Positions 48,585 through 54,658 of a DNA stretch of 54,658 nucleotides are shown piece by piece; the stretch's first letter is position 1, and every line of letters starts with the position of its first letter. This DNA is from Akkermansiaceae bacterium. GTDB lineage: Bacteria; Verrucomicrobiota; Verrucomicrobiia; Verrucomicrobiales; Akkermansiaceae. The notes under the pieces are model-generated. The model was not told where the DNA came from and searched no databases. It saw only the letters and a list, made by a program, of their open reading frames with translations. The translations under genes were made by a program, and so were the position numbers. The stretch lies in contig JBPOGF010000023.1 of NCBI GenBank assembly GCA_051251915.1, positions 1 to 54,658 on the forward strand, given 5' to 3'.

Positions 48585-49433
48585 TTAGTTTTCAAATTGA
48601 CGGTAAAGAGCTGAGTAATCCATGTCCGCAGAACCATTTTCGCAGAGCTCTTGCATCATTTGCGCGGTTATCTTTATTCCAGGGGTCTTTAGGTTGGCGT
48701 TTTCAGCCAACTGCATGGCGAACTTCGCATCCTTTAGCATATTATCCAGCGAGAAGTGCGTATCATATTCACCCTTTGCCATGGTGGGAAGCTTCATTGC
48801 AGCTAAGGCTGAGCCACAGGCATTCCCTGCTACAGCAGAGATAAAGCTATCCGTAGGTATTCCTTGTGCAGTTGCTATGGCTAATGATTCGCTAAGCGCT
48901 TGTACAGTGGAGGCCGAAATTAGATTGGTAGTGACTTTAATTACTGTTGCATTTCCTATCTTGCCTACAGGAATGATTTCTTTCGACGTAACTTCTAATA
49001 GTGCACGATATTTGTCTAAAAGAGTTTCATCTCCACCGACGTAGTAAACTAGGTCTCCATTCTGAGCTGCGACTTTACTTCCGGTAAATGGACAGTCTAG
49101 AAACGCAATACCCAAGTCCTTACATTCATTAGCTAGCCAATGGGTAGTTTCCAGATCAATTGTGGAATGGTTGAGCAAGATTTTTACGCCCTTTAGACTT
49201 CCTCTGATCTGTTCAAATACCTCATGGCACGCAACTCCATCTTTCAAGTAAAACGCTACAATTTCAGATCCTTTTACAGCCTGAGCAGGATCATTCACGG
49301 AGTCCTTGCGATCCTTAGGTGTTCTATTCCAAGTTTGTACATCCAGACCTGCTTTAACCAGATTGTCTGCGCAACGGCTACCGATGATTCCCATCCCAAA
49401 CACAGCTATCTTAGTTCTTGAAAGTTTGCTCAT
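48585..49433 (-). CDS. NAD(P)-dependent oxidoreductase, 3-hydroxyisobutyrate dehydrogenase family
   Basis: GMGIIG Rossmann motif, WNRT, LDCPFTGS, K...N, F.L..MLKD. Confidence 0.9.
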   Translation of the reverse strand: MSKLSRTKIAVFGMGIIGSRCADNLVKAGLDVQTWNRTPKDRKDSVNDPAQAVKGSEIVAFYLKDGVACHEVFEQIRGSLKGVKILLNHSTIDLETTHWLANECKDLGIAFLDCPFTGSKVAAQNGDLVYYVGGDETLLDKYRALLEVTSKEIIPVGKIGNATVIKVTTNLISASTVQALSESLAIATAQGIPTDSFISAVAGNACGSALAAMKLPTMAKGEYDTHFSLDNMLKDAKFAMQLAENANLKTPGIKITAQMMQELCENGSADMDYSALYRQFEN

Positions 49434-49510
49434 GTCCTAAATTCACCTTCCAGTCTATGAGAGTCAATCTTCTATTGGTTTTCTCACTTATTCTGTGCCA
49501 CATTAAGTTC

Positions 49511-50836
49511 ATGAAAAAATGGCTTCTTCGCATCTTCTTGCTACTCATCGTGATCACAATCGCGGGGTTTTTCTTTGCTAAATCTTACCTTACCCGAGAC
49601 TACATCGTAGCGGCTATTGAGAAATCTATTAATAGCCGTGTTCAAGTCAAAGACATTGATGTCAATCTCTACGGTCTCAGAGGCACTGTGGATCTCAATG
49701 AGGTAATCATCACACAGAGAGACGAATCAGCAGATCAGAAAACTCCACATGACGATCGAGAACCCATCGAGAAGGGGGACATTTTTATGAAGTCGGCAAG
49801 CTTTAATATTTCGATCTGGGAAATACTCTCCAAGAAAATCCTAGTGGAAAAAATCAATTTTGATGGAGTAACTCTGAATCTTACACTTTATGAAGAAGGG
49901 GATACTAGCATCGAGAAGCTTTTCGCAAAACCTAACCACGACAAAAGTGACAAGCAGAAGAAGTTTAACGCCAAGGAAAACGAACAATTTATCACCACTA
50001 TCAATGAGATCACTCTCACTAATGTTGACCTTAATCTCATCGTCGATAAAACACAGCTTGCTGTGGAGGGGAGGGGAGTAAATCTTCATTTATTAGATAT
50101 TGATGTGAATCCAAAACAGCTAGATACTGTCAACGACGCGAAAATCACCCTTCAAGGAACCTTTGATATTCACCCTCTGGGTAAAAGTGAAGACTATGGT
50201 AAAATAGTCGTGAATGGAGAGTCAGATATCACTCTCTTCAATACCGAAAATGGTGATCTTGAGCCAGACATGGTTCTTGCTCTGACCATCGGATCTGATT
50301 CCTATTTGACTAATAAAGTGCCAGTAATCAGTAAAATCAGCCAAGCGGGAGATCTACTCAAAAAGTTTTTGAAAGTCCCTGAAAAACTTAGATTTAAGAA
50401 CGATCAATCTGTTAGGGTTAGCTATAAACTAGGAATTAGCACGCTGTTAGATCCTCTATCAATAAAGATTGAAGATTGGAAGCTTCAGGTTCTTGCTGAT
50501 TCTTGGATTGGATCGGGAAATGATATGCATTTTCTGGGTGTGAAACTTTACGTGGGAGAAGCGATCTCTAGCAAGTTGGGTGGTTTTCTATCTAACTCAT
50601 CTGCCGTGGGAGGTCTATTGGGTAAGTTAAGCGGAGGGGAGTCCCTATTAGAAGACGGTAAGCTTACTCTTCATCTAGAATCCTCTGGTGAGCTTTCTAA
50701 GCCTAAAATAAGGATGAAGAACAAGCTGGCTGGGCCCGCCGAAGGTCTCATTGATAGTTTCCTAGGGGGGAGTGATGGAAAAGAAGATCCACTTAGAGAA
50801 GCAGGTAAAGATCTACTCAAAGGCTTTCTAAAGTAA
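49511..50836 (+). CDS. AsmA-like protein
   Basis: N-terminal anchor helix followed by a beta-rich body; G.LSKPKI C-terminal motif. Confidence 0.7.
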   Translation: MKKWLLRIFLLLIVITIAGFFFAKSYLTRDYIVAAIEKSINSRVQVKDIDVNLYGLRGTVDLNEVIITQRDESADQKTPHDDREPIEKGDIFMKSASFNISIWEILSKKILVEKINFDGVTLNLTLYEEGDTSIEKLFAKPNHDKSDKQKKFNAKENEQFITTINEITLTNVDLNLIVDKTQLAVEGRGVNLHLLDIDVNPKQLDTVNDAKITLQGTFDIHPLGKSEDYGKIVVNGESDITLFNTENGDLEPDMVLALTIGSDSYLTNKVPVISKISQAGDLLKKFLKVPEKLRFKNDQSVRVSYKLGISTLLDPLSIKIEDWKLQVLADSWIGSGNDMHFLGVKLYVGEAISSKLGGFLSNSSAVGGLLGKLSGGESLLEDGKLTLHLESSGELSKPKIRMKNKLAGPAEGLIDSFLGGSDGKEDPLREAGKDLLKGFLK

Positions 50837-52213
50837 CATCATTTTAGCCACGAAGAAGTAGATTACCATACCTGAGACATCCACAATCGTGGTAATCGCA
50901 GGTGCTGCAACTACTGCGGGGTCAATGTTAGCGTGTCGTGCTCCAATAGGTAGTAGTGATCCGACTAGAGTAGATGTAGTGATTTGCGCAGTTATGGCGA
51001 TGGCGACAGCAATACCAAATTTAATAAATCCTACTTCAGCAGGCATTTCGGAGTAAAAGAAAGGTAAAGCAAAAATGGTAGTGATCGCTATGCATGCACC
51101 TAGTAATGTCCCAAGCAATAATCCTAGGCGTAATTCCTTCCAAGCAACCTTCACAGTGGTCCCTTCATCTAGCTCACCCAGCGCCATCGCGCGGATTACC
51201 ATTGTGGATGCCTGTCCGCCAGTATTTCCTCCAGCAGCTACAACCATAGGTAGGAATAGAGCTAGAATGAATAGTTCATCTAACACATGCTCAAATTTCA
51301 GCATCACATAGCCAGAAGCTATCGCTAGAAACGCTAAACCTAGAAGCCAAGGGAATCGTCTTTTAAAATGTGTGCTCAGTGTCGTATTAAGATAACTGAC
51401 TTCAGATACAACACCTGCCATGCCAGCCATTCTCTCGATATCTTCAGTAGATTCTTCTTCGATGATTTCAAGTGCATCATCATGGGTAATAATACCTAAG
51501 AGACGATCGTGCTCATCAATAACAGGTAACACAATTAGATCATATTTAGAGAACATTTTAGCAGCTTCTTCCTGATCAGCCGTGGCCAAAATCGTATGCT
51601 TACAAGGACGGAAAATTTCGCTGATAGGGGTGTTCCAGTTATTAAAGGCTAGATCTCTGATTCTCAACCTTCCTATTAATCGGTCTTTTTCATCAGTAAC
51701 ATAAACACGAGCAAGCGTTTCAGTGTCCCCGTGGAATTCTCGCAACTCTTCTAGGGCTTCCTTCACCGTTAGCTCCAGACCTATCCTCCCGAATGTCATC
51801 GTCATTCTGCCGCCAGCGGTGTCCTCGCCATAGCGTAATAGTGACCTGGTTACCTCGATGTCATCAGGCTCTACTAATTCTAGTAGTCTATCCCTTGTTT
51901 CATCTGAAACATCTTGGAGTAGATCCACACGGTCATCATCGGAAACTTGATCGAGGATTTCACGCTGATCTTCAGCACTAAATCTTTCCAGAGCATCCTC
52001 AACAATGGTATCGGGTAGCTCGGTGATGATCTCGGAAAATTTCTCTGCGCCGATCGTTTTACTAAAGAAGGTTTTATCCTCTTCACTCAAACTCTCAAAG
52101 AGTTCTGCCAGATCAGCGTGATGGAATTCATTCGCGATTTGAAGGAACATTTCTGTATCCTCATTCTTCAGAGCATTTAATAGTTGATTGATCACCTTTT
52201 TTTCCTCCTGCAT
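50828..52213 (-). CDS. mgtE: Magnesium transporter MgtE
   Basis: H.ADLA N-domain, TAGGRM CBS pair, GGNTGGQ, DPA..A.P.ITTIVD. Confidence 0.96.
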   Translation of the reverse strand: MQEEKKVINQLLNALKNEDTEMFLQIANEFHHADLAELFESLSEEDKTFFSKTIGAEKFSEIITELPDTIVEDALERFSAEDQREILDQVSDDDRVDLLQDVSDETRDRLLELVEPDDIEVTRSLLRYGEDTAGGRMTMTFGRIGLELTVKEALEELREFHGDTETLARVYVTDEKDRLIGRLRIRDLAFNNWNTPISEIFRPCKHTILATADQEEAAKMFSKYDLIVLPVIDEHDRLLGIITHDDALEIIEEESTEDIERMAGMAGVVSEVSYLNTTLSTHFKRRFPWLLGLAFLAIASGYVMLKFEHVLDELFILALFLPMVVAAGGNTGGQASTMVIRAMALGELDEGTTVKVAWKELRLGLLLGTLLGACIAITTIFALPFFYSEMPAEVGFIKFGIAVAIAITAQITTSTLVGSLLPIGARHANIDPAVVAAPAITTIVDVSGMVIYFFVAKMMLL

Positions 52214-52306
52214 GTGTGGAAGCTAGTCACAGCCTCGCGATTTGTGAAGCGATAAAGCTGATCTGGCCGGTACAGATAATAAATTCACTTTTTTAGCATT
52301 TTAGTC

Positions 52307-52340
52307 TTGCCAAGATTCAACTATTCGCTAGTTTCCGCCC
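52307..52340 (+). promoter_or_regulatory. Sigma70 stable-RNA-type promoter for tRNA-His
   Basis: TTGCCA-N16-TAGTTT followed by the GC-rich discriminator CCGCCC. Confidence 0.65.
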
Positions 52341-52354
52341 AGCGTAAAGGAGAT

Positions 52355-52431
52355 GGTGGCTGTAGCTCAGTTGGTAGAGCCCCGGATTGTGATTCCGGTT
52401 GTCGCGGGTTCAAGCCCCGTCAGTCACCCCA
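52355..52431 (+). tRNA. tRNA-His (GTG)
   Basis: G(-1)GTGGCTG acceptor, D-loop AGTTGGTA, anticodon loop TTGTGAT, GGTTCAAG T-loop, encoded CCA. Confidence 0.97.
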
Positions 52432-52596
52432 CCTTTACCCCTTTTTTACTCTTTAGTATTTTCCTTCATTTGAAGGTCTTGTTTGACTGAATCAGTCCAT
52501 GAAAATTTCATTTCTTTGTCATTTCGCACACTTTTTCTCGACTAAACTACGGTTACACTTTTAAACCTATGTAGTATTAATTGTAAATACATCAAG

Positions 52597-53280
52597 ATGG
52601 ATAGCCTCGAAACGCGTTTAGGATATAAATTTAGAAACTCTCTGCTGTTAGCGGAGGCACTCACGCACCCTAGTCTAGCCTATGAGACTCAAAGGCCGCA
52701 CTTCGATAATCAGCGTTTGGAGTTTCTCGGAGATGCTGTCCTAGAACTGTCATTGACTTCACACCTTTACGACCTTTTCCCCGGATACTCCGAAGGTGAT
52801 CTCACTAAAATGCGAGCTAGACTAGTCTCCAAGCACGCTCTTTTTGCATTTGCTAAAAGACTAGGCCTAGGTAGCTACGTGCTACTCGGCAAAGGTGAGG
52901 AAATAAGTGGAGGTAGAGAGAGGGTATCCACACTCGCAGACGCGTTTGAGGCATTGCTGGGAGCCATTTATATTGATGCAGGATTCGAAGTAGCTAGAGA
53001 AATTATAATTAGCATCATCGAGCCGAGCTTAACGGACATAAACGAGGATCCAGACAAGAAGAATCCTAAAGGAAGACTTCAAGAACTACTCCAAGCGATA
53101 ATACCGGAAAGCCCTATTTATAAAGTCACTGACGAATCAGGTCCTGATCACAATAAGCATTTCTGTGTTTCGGTATCTTGGAGTGGTAAAGTGCTAGCTA
53201 GTGGATCAGGTGCTAATAAAAAAGAAGCAGAAGCGAATGCTGCTCGACAAGCTCTCAAGGATAAAGCTTGGGAAAAATAA
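52597..53280 (+). CDS. rnc: Ribonuclease III
   Basis: ALTHPS, QRLEFLGDAVL, ADAFEAL.GAIY, dsRBD with LQE..Q, GPDH, KKEAE. Confidence 0.97.
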   Translation: MDSLETRLGYKFRNSLLLAEALTHPSLAYETQRPHFDNQRLEFLGDAVLELSLTSHLYDLFPGYSEGDLTKMRARLVSKHALFAFAKRLGLGSYVLLGKGEEISGGRERVSTLADAFEALLGAIYIDAGFEVAREIIISIIEPSLTDINEDPDKKNPKGRLQELLQAIIPESPIYKVTDESGPDHNKHFCVSVSWSGKVLASGSGANKKEAEANAARQALKDKAWEK

Positions 53281-53303
53281 GTCTCTGGCCTCCTCTTTTA
53301 TTC

Positions 53304-54218
53304 ATGCTTAGTTCTACTAACCAAAACCACAATCATTATATTGGAGGGATCGAGGCCGGTGGTACCAAGTTCGTCTGTGCCATAGCTACCCCAGATGGTG
53401 GAATTCTCAGAGAATCAAGATTTCCAACGGTTGATCCTGAGACCACGCTTCAACAAGCGGTTGATTTCTTTAAGGAAAACTTACCTCTAGATGAATCAAG
53501 CGGGATGCCAGCTAGATTACTAGCATTGGGAATAGGGACATTTGGTCCAGTGGGTGTCAATCCAGCACTATCCAACTATGGGAAAATTCTAGCCACTCCT
53601 AAAAAAGATTGGGAGAATACAGATTTCATCACGCCGTTTATCACAACATTCCCCTCGGTTAAAATAAGTATTGATACAGATGTTAATGCCGCAGCACTAG
53701 GGGAAGGTTTACTAGGGGCGGCTAAAAATCTGCATTCCTATGTGTATATAACCATCGGTACAGGTATTGGGGGAGGTGTTGTTATTAATAATCAAATTAT
53801 CAAAGGTCACTTACATCCTGAGATCGGTCATCTTTCAGTGCATCAAGAGCAGGCTGACAGATTTGCTGGGGCCTGTCCGTTTCATCATAACTGTATCGAA
53901 GGTTTAGCTAGCGGTGAGGCGATGTCTCAGCGATGGGGAGCTAAAGCAGAAAGTTTAGCTCAAGATCATCCTGCTTGGGAGCTTGAGGCCAGTTACATCG
54001 CTTCCCTCTGTCAAACCCTGACTGCTGTTCTTTCTCCGCAGCGCATCATTTTAGGAGGGGGGGTTATGGAGCAACCGCATCTTCTATCAATTATCCAAGA
54101 AAAATTCCTACTTAAAACGGGGGGGTATTGGCAAATACCAGCAAATTACCTAACAGTCCCGGTGCTCGGAAACCAAGCTGGGATAGTTGGAGCTGTCCAA
54201 TTAGCGCTGAATGTTTGA
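53304..54218 (+). CDS. ROK family sugar kinase (fructokinase-like)
   Basis: GIEAGGTKF, TDVNAAALGE, GTGIGGG, HPEIGH, CPFH..CIEGLASG. Confidence 0.92.
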   Translation: MLSSTNQNHNHYIGGIEAGGTKFVCAIATPDGGILRESRFPTVDPETTLQQAVDFFKENLPLDESSGMPARLLALGIGTFGPVGVNPALSNYGKILATPKKDWENTDFITPFITTFPSVKISIDTDVNAAALGEGLLGAAKNLHSYVYITIGTGIGGGVVINNQIIKGHLHPEIGHLSVHQEQADRFAGACPFHHNCIEGLASGEAMSQRWGAKAESLAQDHPAWELEASYIASLCQTLTAVLSPQRIILGGGVMEQPHLLSIIQEKFLLKTGGYWQIPANYLTVPVLGNQAGIVGAVQLALNV

Positions 54219-54363
54219 AAGTTCTCTCTAACACTTAGCCAATCTAAAGTGATTTATAGGGCGGGAATCGATTCTGTGAATATTGGTTTTCCAAAATATC
54301 TATTATACATCAATAGCTTACGTGGATTGTCCAAAAAAATATTAAAATAAGAGCAGAGAGAAC

Positions 54364-54400
54364 TTGACTTTTTCTGCGTTTTTTGTAGTTTCCGCCTCGC
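54364..54400 (+). promoter_or_regulatory. Sigma70 stable-RNA-type promoter, probably for an rRNA operon beyond the window
   Basis: TTGACT-N16-TAGTTT-CCGCC, same layout as the tRNA-His promoter; boxA-like GATCTTTTTACAA at 54494-54506; no + strand ORF follows. Confidence 0.6.
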
Positions 54401-54658
54401 CTCACCGGCCAACGGGAGGACGAGAGAGACAGGAAGCTGATTCAGCGCTAGGTAACTAGAATGGCGAATCGGTTTTTTAATCTCCTCGTAATAGATCTTT
54501 TTACAACACATGGCTTGGACAATACGGAGCTGGTTTTATGGGAGTTGGGCAACGACTTTCAGCGCTATTAAGTTAGTAGGTGAAACTGGTTTGAGGGATT
54601 GCTCTAAGTGGAAGAGGAAAATTGAATTGTGCGCTGCGATGATTTTAGGATCATGCGC

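Noticed and set aside
47747..50836. Short 3' overlaps of convergent genes (47747-47757, 50828-50836)
   Set aside because: Overlaps of 9-11 nt are common in compact bacterial genomes
52355..52600. tRNA-His as an integration site for an island
   Set aside because: No integrase and no duplicated tRNA 3' end seen; flanked by core genes
54254..54511. 85-aa minus-strand ORF
   Set aside because: Overlaps the stable-RNA-type promoter and leader on the opposite strand; no protein features

Overview
Bacterial chromosomal window, most likely from a marine-type Verrucomicrobiota/PVC organism. This is inferred from the DUF1592/DUF1552 and DUF1549-1553/DUF1501 gene pairs, the multidomain sulfatase and the ebo-like genes. 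It is mostly housekeeping and PVC-typical genes: acnA, glsA, acnB, aroD, trxA, HU, sua5, murJ, rsmD, waaA, purC, ygfZ, mgtE, tRNA-His, rnc, a ROK kinase and a probable rRNA-operon promoter at the right edge. It also holds a decayed AT-rich defence-like islet (yhcG with a nonsense codon plus a frameshifted DUF3732 remnant) and a partial ebo cluster (eboB/eboE/eboC-like). The most interesting observations are: (1) a membrane-anchored Pro/Ala-rich protein with 14 T-x-x-[ILV] motifs (FHA-type phosphothreonine sites), followed by an unannotated 26-aa membrane ORF; (2) a modular set of intergenic repeats (three-hairpin REP-like units, drifting 7-mer tracts, a four-copy TCGCGTA hairpin after stop codons, and a ~90-bp dispersed repeat); (3) a shared ECF-like promoter ahead of both PVC cytochrome/Tat operons; (4) an HDAC11-like enzyme with a signal peptide; (5) a sulfatase with a non-canonical CHSCR motif; and (6) an extreme G/T strand skew that collapses over the last ~8 kb. 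All family calls come from motif recognition by eye; no database searches were run.
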